Translations under genes and position numbers: made by a program
Notes under the pieces: model-generated
Database searches by the model: none
Told to the model about the DNA's origin: nothing
The model's input: the letters and a program-made list of their open reading frames with translations, nothing else
NCBI GenBank assembly: GCA_019057635.1
Contig: DXJL01000005.1
Span: forward strand, 1 to 41,715
Source of the DNA: Candidatus Heimdallarchaeota archaeon
GTDB lineage: Archaea; Asgardarchaeota; Heimdallarchaeia; Hodarchaeales; Hodarchaeaceae
Direction of reading: 5' to 3'
Length of the DNA stretch: 41,715 nucleotides
Shown: piece by piece, positions 1-8,905 of the stretch
Layout of the letters: each line of letters opens with the position of its first letter
How positions within the stretch are numbered: the first letter of the stretch is position 1

Positions 1-176
1 GAGGCATAATCTGAATATTTTCTCATCGCTTCTGCTTCTAATCGTAAACCATTACAAATCCTATTGCTTTTGTACTCTGGGCATAATTTACATAGATCTT
101 CCCGGTTTGCAGCTTTCCTCACTTGTCTAAAAGAAATAAATGCCTGAGAGTAGAGTTTGTGGGAAAACAGCTTCAT
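1..176 (-). CDS. Partial hypothetical protein running off the left window edge
   Basis: Manual translation from ATG at 176: MKLFSHKLYSQAFISFRQVRKAANREDLCKLCPEYKSNRICNGLRLEAEAMRKYSDYA..., open to position 1; contains CxxC. Confidence 0.4.
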   Translation of the reverse strand, partial: MKLFSHKLYSQAFISFRQVRKAANREDLCKLCPEYKSNRICNGLRLEAEAMRKYSDYA

Positions 177-487
177 ACAAATTACCCTAGGGTTTGTAAA
201 ATTGCTATTCTTCACCAGTGCAGATCTCTTACCATCACGTTAGGCGAATCACTGATCATCACTGAATTTCACTGTTTGAAGCCCTAATATTAACTTTATA
301 TTGGTCTGAGAGATTGTGTGACAGAAGATTATGGAATTCGTCAGTTATAGATACTAAATCTTGGCTAACAATTAACACTACCAGACAAATACACTCTTAT
401 CACTGTTTATCGAGGGAGTGAAGAGATATTGGAGACTTGAGAGCAGCATTTTAGAAAGAATATCTAACCTACAGAATTATCAATAAA

Positions 488-1090
488 GTGACTGAGGATG
501 ATCCATCAGTCAAATATAATGAATTTTATCTGACACTTCACAATATGTTTGTCCTAATAGCTGGACTTCCAGGTACAGGGAAGACATTCCTGGCAAAAAA
601 CCTCCTTTCCTCGTTTTTTTCTGGATTTATATCCCTCAGTACTGATGAAGTGAGACGTCTTTACTTTGGTCTATCTGAACACCAATATATGGATTTTAAT
701 CAGAAAATCTATTCCCAAGATAAACGAGATATAGTCTATAATGTCATAAATTTAATGGTAGACATTTTGCTAACGCAAGGCTTTTCTGTTGTCGTGGAGG
801 GGACTTTTTATCGTCAAGAGAAAAGAGAAAAGCTACTTGATATTTGTAACCGTTTGAGTCATCAATACATAATTATTAAAACGATTTTTCCAGACGAATT
901 GATGGAAGCTCGACTTCAGAATAGAGAGCTCTCCGATAATAATGTCAGTGACGCTAGATATCAAATATATTTAGCATTAAAAGAACGCTTCGAGACAATT
1001 GTGCAGCCACACCTTATTATTGATACTCAACAATCCATAACATCTTGTATTGAGGAAGTGAAGAGATATTACGACGAGATTCCATCCTGA
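488..1090 (+). CDS. AAA_33-type P-loop kinase (likely start at ATG 545)
   Basis: Walker A GLPGTGKT, STDEVRR, VVVEGTF, lid RLQNR...SDA. Confidence 0.8.
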   Translation: MTEDDPSVKYNEFYLTLHNMFVLIAGLPGTGKTFLAKNLLSSFFSGFISLSTDEVRRLYFGLSEHQYMDFNQKIYSQDKRDIVYNVINLMVDILLTQGFSVVVEGTFYRQEKREKLLDICNRLSHQYIIIKTIFPDELMEARLQNRELSDNNVSDARYQIYLALKERFETIVQPHLIIDTQQSITSCIEEVKRYYDEIPS

Positions 1091-1091
1091 A

Positions 1092-2045
1092 ATGCTTCTG
1101 AATCCTTCCGCATATGATTACTCTGTGGAAAATGTAGAACTACGAGAGACTCATATTTCTTGGGTCTTTCTAAGTGGTGATTTCGCGTTCAAGGTGAAAA
1201 AACCAGTAAAATTTGGCGATATTCTAGATTTTTCCACCCTTGATTTGCGAAAGAAATTCTGTGAACGAGAAATTGCGCTAAATTCGAGATTTTCTCCTGA
1301 TATTTACATAAATACATTTTATATTGATGATATGGGCCGAATCAATGGTTCAGGTACAATCATCGAGTATGGGGTGAAAATGAAGCGCTTACCTGAAGAA
1401 TACCTCTTGGTCAACCTCCTAGAGGAAAAAAAGGTCACCCGAGAATCCGTATCCAAGATTGCGGAAGTCATTGCCAAGTTTCATGCAAATACGACCAAAG
1501 TTCCAGAATATGGTGATTTAAAATTTATTGGTGAGAAATGGGATGAGAATTTTCGTACAACGGCTACTTTCCGTTCTATTGACGAATCTTTTCGAGAAAA
1601 AGTTACATGTTTTTTACGAGGTAATCGGGGACTATTTAAGGAACGAATCAATGCCAATCGGATAACTGATAATCATGGTGATTTTCAATCCCGAAATATC
1701 TTCGTACTACCCAATCATGAGGTTCTGATATTTGATTGTATAGAATTCAGTTCCTTATTACGATATGGAGATGTAGCTGAGGATGTGGGCTTTCTTGCTA
1801 TGGATTTAGATTTTTGGGATGAAAGAGAATTATCTAGGTATTTTGTTGATATGTATGTCAAATTTAGTGGAGATGACTTACTCTTAGAAAACATTTCTTT
1901 TTTTAAATCATATCGTGCTTATGTTCGGGGTAAGGTGTATGGTTTTCAGGCCTCTAAGGAAGTTGATGGCGGGAAGAAAGCGGAACTAACAGCGATGTCT
2001 GAGAAGTACTATACTCTCGCCTATCAATATTCAGAAAACTGGTAG
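1092..2045 (+). CDS. Aminoglycoside-phosphotransferase-like kinase (COG2187 type)
   Basis: ETHISWVFL, KVKKPV..LDFST, HGDF..NI, FDCIEF, D..EDVGFLAMDLD motifs. Confidence 0.85.
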   Translation: MLLNPSAYDYSVENVELRETHISWVFLSGDFAFKVKKPVKFGDILDFSTLDLRKKFCEREIALNSRFSPDIYINTFYIDDMGRINGSGTIIEYGVKMKRLPEEYLLVNLLEEKKVTRESVSKIAEVIAKFHANTTKVPEYGDLKFIGEKWDENFRTTATFRSIDESFREKVTCFLRGNRGLFKERINANRITDNHGDFQSRNIFVLPNHEVLIFDCIEFSSLLRYGDVAEDVGFLAMDLDFWDERELSRYFVDMYVKFSGDDLLLENISFFKSYRAYVRGKVYGFQASKEVDGGKKAELTAMSEKYYTLAYQYSENW

Positions 2046-2384
2046 ATGGTCTAACAAAAACAATGACCCTTCCATCCTATCTCATTATAGGTTAGATTTC
2101 GACTGATATTTGAGTAAGAATTGAGATAGGGGAAACTTTTCCGCTCTTGTGAAATTATTAATGAATCTGTCTCGATATAGCGTATCGACAGGGTACTACT
2201 AAAAGATTAGATGAATGGATTTTTAATATTAAGTCAAACTTAGTTCTTATTCACATTCACACTAAACTTAATCACAATTGAGTGATATTCGGGTCTTTTT
2301 TTGACTCTTATTTCTCACATAATGAATTATATATCGATTAATACTCGAATGATATTCCAAAGAAATTTGTCATCCTAAAGGATA

Positions 2385-3065
2385 ATGTTTGATATGGATT
2401 CTAAATTAGATAAATTATTTGAATCAAAACCTCAACCTGTCGTTTGGATTGAAGGTATAATTGGATGTGGTAAGACAACACTGACCAAAGCTATTTCTAG
2501 AAAGCTTAATTTTCGTGCTATTTATGAACCAGTAAATTTAGAATTATTAGAAATGTTTTACAAGGATCAGGATCGCTGGGCGTTTGCCATGCAAATTGAT
2601 CTACTCCACCGCCGCTATGCATTACAAAAACTGGCTTCTTTTGAATCTATTACAGGTCAAGGGGTAGTAATTGATAGAGGGCTTCCTGGAGATCGTGTTT
2701 TTGCCAAGATGTTATATAAAGCGGGAAAAATGGATCGAATCGAATGGGCTATTTACGAACGCGCATACTCGGTTATGACTAACTCTTTGATTCCTCCAAG
2801 TGTTATAATATTCATGGAAGTTCCTCCTGATGTAGCACGAGAACGAATAAGGAACAGAGATCGAAAAGCTGAACGTGGGGATTTAGTTCCACTTGCATAT
2901 CTTCAGGAATTGGAAAATGGCTATTTAGAACTCTTGTCAGAAATTGAATCGGCATATCCCGCATGGAGTAGAGGAATGAAAGTGATAAAACTTCCATTTA
3001 ATACCTCCGATGAATCCGAGGAGTCCATCAATAAAGTGATCGGTATAATACAGGATTTAATATAA
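2385..3065 (+). CDS. Deoxynucleoside kinase
   Basis: IEGIIGCGKTT, YEPV, FY.D..RWAF..Q, DR...D..F, RI..R.R..E motifs of the dNK family. Confidence 0.85.
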   Translation: MFDMDSKLDKLFESKPQPVVWIEGIIGCGKTTLTKAISRKLNFRAIYEPVNLELLEMFYKDQDRWAFAMQIDLLHRRYALQKLASFESITGQGVVIDRGLPGDRVFAKMLYKAGKMDRIEWAIYERAYSVMTNSLIPPSVIIFMEVPPDVARERIRNRDRKAERGDLVPLAYLQELENGYLELLSEIESAYPAWSRGMKVIKLPFNTSDESEESINKVIGIIQDLI

Positions 3066-3602
3066 ATGGTCCATATTAATATTGAGTTTAAAGCAAGATG
3101 TGACAATCCCGAGAGAATTCGTAAGATTCTCTTATCCGAGAATCCAGTGTTTAAGGGGAAAGATCACCAAATAGATACGTACTTCATTGTAGAGTCTGGG
3201 CGCTTGAAACTTCGAGAAGGGAATATCGAAAATGCATTAATCCATTATGAAAGACCGAATGTTGCGAATGCCAAACAATCAACAGTTCTTCTTCATCATC
3301 CTGAATCAGATAACACGTCTTCATTGAAAGAAATACTGATAAAAACCCTAGGTATTTTAACTGTAGTTGATAAAGAACGTGAGATTTATTTTATTGATAA
3401 TGTTAAATTTCATATTGATTACGTGAAGAATCTAGGTCACTTCATGGAAGTGGAAGCAATCGATAACGATGGGTCAATTGGTACTCAAAAACTTCAAGAA
3501 CAATGTGATCATTATCAAAAGTTGTTCCAGCTCTCTACGGAAGATCTAATTGAAGTATCATATTCAGATTTGATTTCGTTATCTGATAACAAGGTAAGTT
3601 AG
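3066..3602 (+). CDS. CYTH-domain protein (class IV adenylate cyclase / triphosphate tunnel metalloenzyme)
   Basis: N-terminal ExK (NIEFKA), QIDTYF, RLKLRE, K.R, H.D.V..LG.F.EVE, SY. Confidence 0.85.
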   Translation: MVHINIEFKARCDNPERIRKILLSENPVFKGKDHQIDTYFIVESGRLKLREGNIENALIHYERPNVANAKQSTVLLHHPESDNTSSLKEILIKTLGILTVVDKEREIYFIDNVKFHIDYVKNLGHFMEVEAIDNDGSIGTQKLQEQCDHYQKLFQLSTEDLIEVSYSDLISLSDNKVS

Positions 3603-3607
3603 TTAAT

Positions 3608-3928
3608 ATGGCATCTCTGAAAGAATTTCCTCCATTAATTGCCTACCAGAAGTATGTAGCTGAATTAGAAAAGGAGAGGGATTTTAAAGACCAATCAGTG
3701 ATTGACAAATGCTTATTACTCGGGGAAGAAGTAGGAGAATTGTTCAAAGCTGTCCGAAAGAAAGAAGGGTTGAATATTGATCTTAATTCAACCACCTCCC
3801 AAATTTCATATGAATTAGTAGATATTTTCATATTCCTGTGTGCAATTGCTAATCGTTATGATATCAATTTAGAAGATGCGTTTCGAGAAAAAGAAGAAAT
3901 AAATAAAAAGCGTCAATGGACCAAATAG
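3608..3928 (+). CDS. MazG-like nucleotide pyrophosphohydrolase
   Basis: LGEEVGEL.KAVRK...EL.D, IAN...I.LE.AF..KE..N..R.W. Confidence 0.85.
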   Translation: MASLKEFPPLIAYQKYVAELEKERDFKDQSVIDKCLLLGEEVGELFKAVRKKEGLNIDLNSTTSQISYELVDIFIFLCAIANRYDINLEDAFREKEEINKKRQWTK

Positions 3929-4239
3929 TGACGGAAACGTCGTCAAATCATGCTTTTACGACAATCGATTTCAAAGTGATTGTTTCATCTATAATCGAGA
4001 AAATGGGGAGGTGTGAAATCTTCCGAGGTATATTATCAAAATACGGTAGCACTTCAGCAGATACCCATTCAGCTTTGATGATGGATTCACAAAAAATGAT
4101 CCTCCTTTAATGAAGAGCTCCTCTCCGATACAAATTTGGGTGTTTATTAATCATTGTGTATGTTTTTTCTTATGATGCCACCTAGAACTGAACCGACTAA
4201 TAAATAAGTCCTCAACTATTCATAAATGAGATTCAAGCC

Positions 4240-6378
4240 TTGCAGACTAGTTCTACATCATTTCATTTCGATTTTATTCCTGATAAGATAGATCAATCAA
4301 GTATTAAGCTTCTTAGAAATGTATCTGATTCTTTTACTCTAGAATACGCGATTTTTGAACCCAAAACAGTTCATATTTGCATGCATGTTAAACCTAGAAG
4401 ACGTTTTTTCAGAAGTTCCTCACACTCTGCAACTGCTACACTCCAGCAATTCATCATTTCTCTCGGACTTCATGCCGACTTTCTCAAACCAAGTGAAGAT
4501 CCAATCCCTAGACTTCTTAGTATGATCGAGCCTCAGTTTTTTCTAGACCCAGAAGAACCCTGTCTTCATAGCGGCGGGTTGCTGGGTCTAGAAATTGACT
4601 CTTTACCTTCTTTATCAACGAAAGATGGATTCATTAATGGGTTACTTGAAATAATCACTGATGATCCAACTTTCACCCTATTACAGATTCCATTCAAATC
4701 TCAGAAAATTCCGAAAGAATTTCAATCCTTAGAAACTGCTGATTATAGAAACCAAATTAGATTTAATATCCAACAAGGAAAGGTTGAACGTCGTTCACAA
4801 CCTTTCAGTATGAATCTTATGGAAGAAGCTGGTTGTTTTTCTTTTTCAGTTCATCTTTTGATGGTTGAGCGTTCAGAAGAACAGCTACTAGCCAAATTAG
4901 AACGAGTTTCTGTATTTCTAAAAGCCCATGGAATTAAGACTCGGAAATATCCTTCCTTTTTACGTTCGTTTAAACGTTTTAAATCACATTTCAAGAGCCG
5001 ATCTATCCATCCAGCCTTGGTTACTGATGGATTTACGTTAATGAATTATCTATCGTTACCAACCAATCAATATTCACTACATGGGTATCAAATAGTCCCT
5101 CACAAGGAGAATTATAATATGTCTTCCACTTTATCACATCTTGATACAGAAGATACACTTAGAATTGGAACCCCAATTCTGAGTGGGAAGACAACTGATT
5201 CTCCTTTGCTTCTTTCAGGTAAAGATCTGTCTCGTCATATGGCGGTATTTGGGATGACAGGAGAAGGTAAAAGTCGATTTGTCTTTAACCTAATTCAACA
5301 ATTTCACAAAAATAAAGTGAATTTTTTAATTATAGACCCCAAAGGTGAATATATCCATCCAGTACAAACATTTTGTCAAGATTTTTTTTACATTAAACCA
5401 GGTTCTGATTCATTTCCCTGGGGGATTAACCTTTTTGAAGTTCCTTTGGATCCACAAGGTCAGCCTCTGATCTCTCCAGAAGATCATATTCAATTCGTTG
5501 TTTCATTGCTCGAAAATGTGGTTGATGAAGCTAATTCTTTATCTCCCCAGATGAGACGCTTAATCCAATTAGCAACCATTCAAACCATTAAAGAGAACGG
5601 CGATTTCAAATTATTCTTACAATGCTTAAATAAGCCTAATGTCCTTGGACTCAAAGGAGCTTATTTAGAAAATACATCGGCTGGTACTGTTAACCGTATC
5701 ATGAAGCTGTTATTTGGCAATACTGGAAGATGTTTTACTGTGAGCTCAACCACGTTTGATATTTCGCAATTTCTCTCTCATAACATTATCTTGGATTTAT
5801 CGACATTTGAAGCCATGGAAGATATAAATGGCCGGCAATTACTTCTGGAGGTTATATTCCAGTATCTCTATTACTATATTCGGAAATTTCGTCCCCCCTT
5901 CAAAGAAGAAAAACTTCCCCAGAATGTCATAATCCTTGATGAAATCAACAAACTCCTACCTGCACCAACCTATAGACAATCAACACCAAAGTCAATAATT
6001 GGCCGCGGGCCTTGGACCTTACGTGCATATGATGTATCAATGGTGTTTATAGGAACTGACCCAATAATAGATCTTCCTATGTTGACGAATGCCGGTATAT
6101 TTGCAATGTTTTATTCGAAGTTCGATTCATATAAAATCGCAGATTTTTTGGGTATTTCTAAGGGCACGTATGATCAATTGAAACCCCTCCTTAAGGCCAA
6201 GCCTGATGAAAGAAGATGTTTACTTTCGGTTAATAAAAATGTGACCTTAGTGAAAACAGATCAATTTGAGCTAAGTTCTTCTAACTCCTCTATCTTTGAA
6301 TTGTTGAAAAAAAATCCTATTCAGATGCATCTCAGAGAAAGTTATACCCAGAACTATTTTCAGCCAATCTTTGAGTAA
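4240..6378 (+). CDS. HerA/VirB4-like (DUF87) ATPase with long N-terminal extension
   Basis: RHMAVFGMTGEGKS (Walker A), IIDPKGEY, IILDE (Walker B); TTG start uncertain. Confidence 0.75.
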   Translation: MQTSSTSFHFDFIPDKIDQSSIKLLRNVSDSFTLEYAIFEPKTVHICMHVKPRRRFFRSSSHSATATLQQFIISLGLHADFLKPSEDPIPRLLSMIEPQFFLDPEEPCLHSGGLLGLEIDSLPSLSTKDGFINGLLEIITDDPTFTLLQIPFKSQKIPKEFQSLETADYRNQIRFNIQQGKVERRSQPFSMNLMEEAGCFSFSVHLLMVERSEEQLLAKLERVSVFLKAHGIKTRKYPSFLRSFKRFKSHFKSRSIHPALVTDGFTLMNYLSLPTNQYSLHGYQIVPHKENYNMSSTLSHLDTEDTLRIGTPILSGKTTDSPLLLSGKDLSRHMAVFGMTGEGKSRFVFNLIQQFHKNKVNFLIIDPKGEYIHPVQTFCQDFFYIKPGSDSFPWGINLFEVPLDPQGQPLISPEDHIQFVVSLLENVVDEANSLSPQMRRLIQLATIQTIKENGDFKLFLQCLNKPNVLGLKGAYLENTSAGTVNRIMKLLFGNTGRCFTVSSTTFDISQFLSHNIILDLSTFEAMEDINGRQLLLEVIFQYLYYYIRKFRPPFKEEKLPQNVIILDEINKLLPAPTYRQSTPKSIIGRGPWTLRAYDVSMVFIGTDPIIDLPMLTNAGIFAMFYSKFDSYKIADFLGISKGTYDQLKPLLKAKPDERRCLLSVNKNVTLVKTDQFELSSSNSSIFELLKKNPIQMHLRESYTQNYFQPIFE

Positions 6379-6398
6379 TTGTACGAGTTTTTAGGTTT

Positions 6399-7523
6399 TC
6401 ATACCATGACGGCAGCAATTTTTGGAGGGTCATCAGATGAAATTGTTATCAGCCCTTTCGTTACTAGATCTCCAAGCATTTGTTTTAATTTTAATGGATG
6501 AGCCCCTACAGACATAGCCAATGTTGAAAGATCTAATACTCCTCCTAAATTTAATAGTATAAGTATTGACGCATATAATGGATGAGTAGAAAGGAGTCTT
6601 TGAGTATAATCAAGGAGAACATTTTTCTCAAGCCGTTCCGTAATTGCTTTTGATAATTCAGCTTGTGCCTCTAATAGTTCTTCTTCAGCGATTTTTGTAG
6701 CTTCTTCTAATCGATCTACTGTAATTTTGTGTTGTCGTGTCGCATCCTCTAGCCGTGTATTTTGTGTTTCTAGTTTCTTTTTCATTTCCTCAAGATTTAT
6801 TTCCATCTCTCGACGAATCTCTTTGGTTCGACTTTGAATTCCGTCTTGGAGCATACGCTGGTAGTAGTTCTCTTGAATCTGATAAGTTTCTGCAACAGAG
6901 GCTAATGCTTCTTGAATATCCTTTTCGTGGATCAGTTCTTTTTCTTTTAATTTCTCTATTAACGCCTGATTAATTTCTAACTCATTGATCAATTCCTTAG
7001 ACTGAGTTTGGTGAACTTCAAGCTCTTTCTGTTGATTTTCAAGCTGTGATTGTACACGCTTCATGTCAGCCTCTAATACGGTGATCTGATCAGTTTTTTC
7101 AGCCACTTGAGTGAAGCTGTCGGCCTTTTCACTTTCAAGTTGCTTTAGCTCTGTATTTTTTTCTTTTATCTGAGTTTTAAATTCCAGATTACTTTCTCGT
7201 AATTGTACCAGTTCATTCTCCTGTTCCAGGGAAGCTTCATCTTGAATGATGATCGTGCTCTCAGATAATACTTCTCTTATCCGTCCTAGTGATTTGATCG
7301 TAATGCGGGTTAATTCGCTATCTACAACACGAGCAGTATCTTTGCGTACAGTTTTAATCAAAGCGTCAATATCTTGATAACTGAAGTGTGGTAATCCTTG
7401 GGCAATAAGTGTACTCTTCGTACCTGATACCACTACGCCAATCTCTTGCTGAGCAACTTTTCGGTCTTTAGCCATCTCGTTTATAAATTCTAAACCAAAT
7501 TCTTTCAGCGATTTTTGTGTCAT
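6399..7523 (-). CDS. Long coiled-coil protein with C-terminal winged-helix-like domain
   Basis: E/K/Q-rich heptads ~aa 95-300; C-terminal ILILLNLGGVLDLSTLAMSVG...LGDLVTKGLI wHTH pattern. Confidence 0.65.
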   Translation of the reverse strand: MTQKSLKEFGLEFINEMAKDRKVAQQEIGVVVSGTKSTLIAQGLPHFSYQDIDALIKTVRKDTARVVDSELTRITIKSLGRIREVLSESTIIIQDEASLEQENELVQLRESNLEFKTQIKEKNTELKQLESEKADSFTQVAEKTDQITVLEADMKRVQSQLENQQKELEVHQTQSKELINELEINQALIEKLKEKELIHEKDIQEALASVAETYQIQENYYQRMLQDGIQSRTKEIRREMEINLEEMKKKLETQNTRLEDATRQHKITVDRLEEATKIAEEELLEAQAELSKAITERLEKNVLLDYTQRLLSTHPLYASILILLNLGGVLDLSTLAMSVGAHPLKLKQMLGDLVTKGLITISSDDPPKIAAVMV

Positions 7524-7661
7524 TTATTGTTCCCTCAAATGACCTTTTACTTTTCGGTGGATAATCAAATGAGTATTATATTTGTGCCAATATATAAAGA
7601 TGTAGGAGGAGCTTTCTTTCGATTTTTCCTCTCGGTATAATTTAACAATCCAAATTTTTTC

Positions 7662-8102
7662 TTAAGATCCCCAGAGATTTTGCAATTCTGGTAAAATGGT
7701 TACTGTAAGCAACGTTATTATTCCTTGGATCAGGATCGCCGTAGCTAATGCAAAGAAGATACTCAACAACGTACCCAGCAAATAATATTCTGCAAAATGG
7801 CGTTCTTTAAGTTGTTCAAATCGGGCCATTGATTTGGCAACGAATACAAAGGAAATCGCTCCGAATTCTCCCATTAATGCCAAGGTCAGGATTATTGCTC
7901 TTTCTACCTGTCCAATCTTTTTACCTGCGCCCGAAAGACCCATTGGTTTCTCGGTTGATTTGGGATCCTTATAGGGAGATAAGAAATGGCCAACGAAAAA
8001 GGCTCCCCCAAAAATCGCCCATAGATACGCGCATAGATAAAGCAAAACAAGTATTACAAATAAATCCAGTTGAAACAAATGGTATCCTCCTAGGATCAGC
8101 AC
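7662..8102 (-). CDS. Membrane protein resembling the C-terminal part of DUF3307-family proteins
   Basis: GL..AG..IG..ER, AKS.ARF, EYYLLGTLLS motifs; overlaps the end of the SatD-like gene. Confidence 0.7.
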   Translation of the reverse strand: MLILGGYHLFQLDLFVILVLLYLCAYLWAIFGGAFFVGHFLSPYKDPKSTEKPMGLSGAGKKIGQVERAIILTLALMGEFGAISFVFVAKSMARFEQLKERHFAEYYLLGTLLSIFFALATAILIQGIITLLTVTILPELQNLWGS

Positions 8103-8731
8103 TTTGGGTATGTTAATTTATTTAATGTTTCGATTGCAAATGCGATTTCCTCCCAATGGGCACTTTTAAGAATGTTTGAAACTGCCTGTTTTGTAATGTT
8201 TTCTTCTTTTTCTGTTACAATTTTTTTTCCGATCTTTTCATAAGTTAAACCTTGTTTCCGAAGGTGAATTACCTCTTTTTGTCTATCTGTCAGTTGCAAC
8301 TTTAAGGTGGTTAAGAGAGTTAGTAAAGAGTTTGTCAATTGATCAAATGAATCATTTTCTGACAGTATCCAAGCTGTTCGACCATTATCACTTGCAATCT
8401 TCAAAGCTGCTCGTGATCTATGAAAAGCATGACCATCCATTTCCAGAGAATTTCTCGAAAATTTGGTACTAATCGTCCCGATTCCTAAACCACATCGAAA
8501 TTTAAATGAGAGATCTTCTTCTAATCGCTCAAAAATTGAATAAAAATCTGTTAATTCTTTTAAAACTCCTTGAAATGAATCCCCCCAGACAATAATGAAG
8601 GGAGAAATTATTTTTTTTGAATGATCAATATTTATTTGTTTAATTACCGTTTTCAACTCTTCTTGAACTTCAAGTCTATTGGTGACTTCCTTTGAATGTA
8701 CAATATCGCAAGTCATAACAAAATACATCAT
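8096..8731 (-). CDS. SatD-family protein (nucleotide-cyclase-like palm domain + C-terminal HTH)
   Basis: TCDIVHSK, SPF....GDSFQG, R.GLGIG.I, DG.AFHRSR.AL; HTH LTDRQKEV...TYEKIG...TKQAVSNIL. Confidence 0.8.
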   Translation of the reverse strand: MMYFVMTCDIVHSKEVTNRLEVQEELKTVIKQINIDHSKKIISPFIIVWGDSFQGVLKELTDFYSIFERLEEDLSFKFRCGLGIGTISTKFSRNSLEMDGHAFHRSRAALKIASDNGRTAWILSENDSFDQLTNSLLTLLTTLKLQLTDRQKEVIHLRKQGLTYEKIGKKIVTEKEENITKQAVSNILKSAHWEEIAFAIETLNKLTYPKC

Positions 8732-8788
8732 TGTTGTTTCACTACTTTACATCTTTTTGATACTGGTGAATTTAATCCCATCTATCAA

Positions 8789-8899
8789 GTCAACTGTTTT
8801 CAATTGACAAATAGTTGGTCAACTCTTCAGTATTGAGTCAACTTAAAAAGCTTGTCATTCGTTCTGTCAATAGTTTTCGATTGACAAGGTCTTTGTCAA
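8789..8899. promoter_or_regulatory. Array of GTCAA-N10-TTGAC palindromic boxes upstream of the SatD-like gene
   Basis: Boxes at 8789-8808 (perfect), 8818-8837 (TTGAG), 8837-8856 (TTGTC), 8866-8885 (perfect), plus a half-site at 8895. Confidence 0.7.
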
Positions 8900-8905
8900 T
8901 ACGGA

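Noticed and set aside
249-274. Three TCACTG units at a 9-bp period
   Set aside because: Too short and degenerate to support a function.
3916-4110. 64-aa ORF after the MazG gene
   Set aside because: Short, overlaps the MazG end and has no motif; cannot be supported.
8789-8899. Possible mini-CRISPR array
   Set aside because: Only 5-bp half-sites are conserved, the period is 19-29 bp, and there are no spacer-sized unique segments or cas genes.
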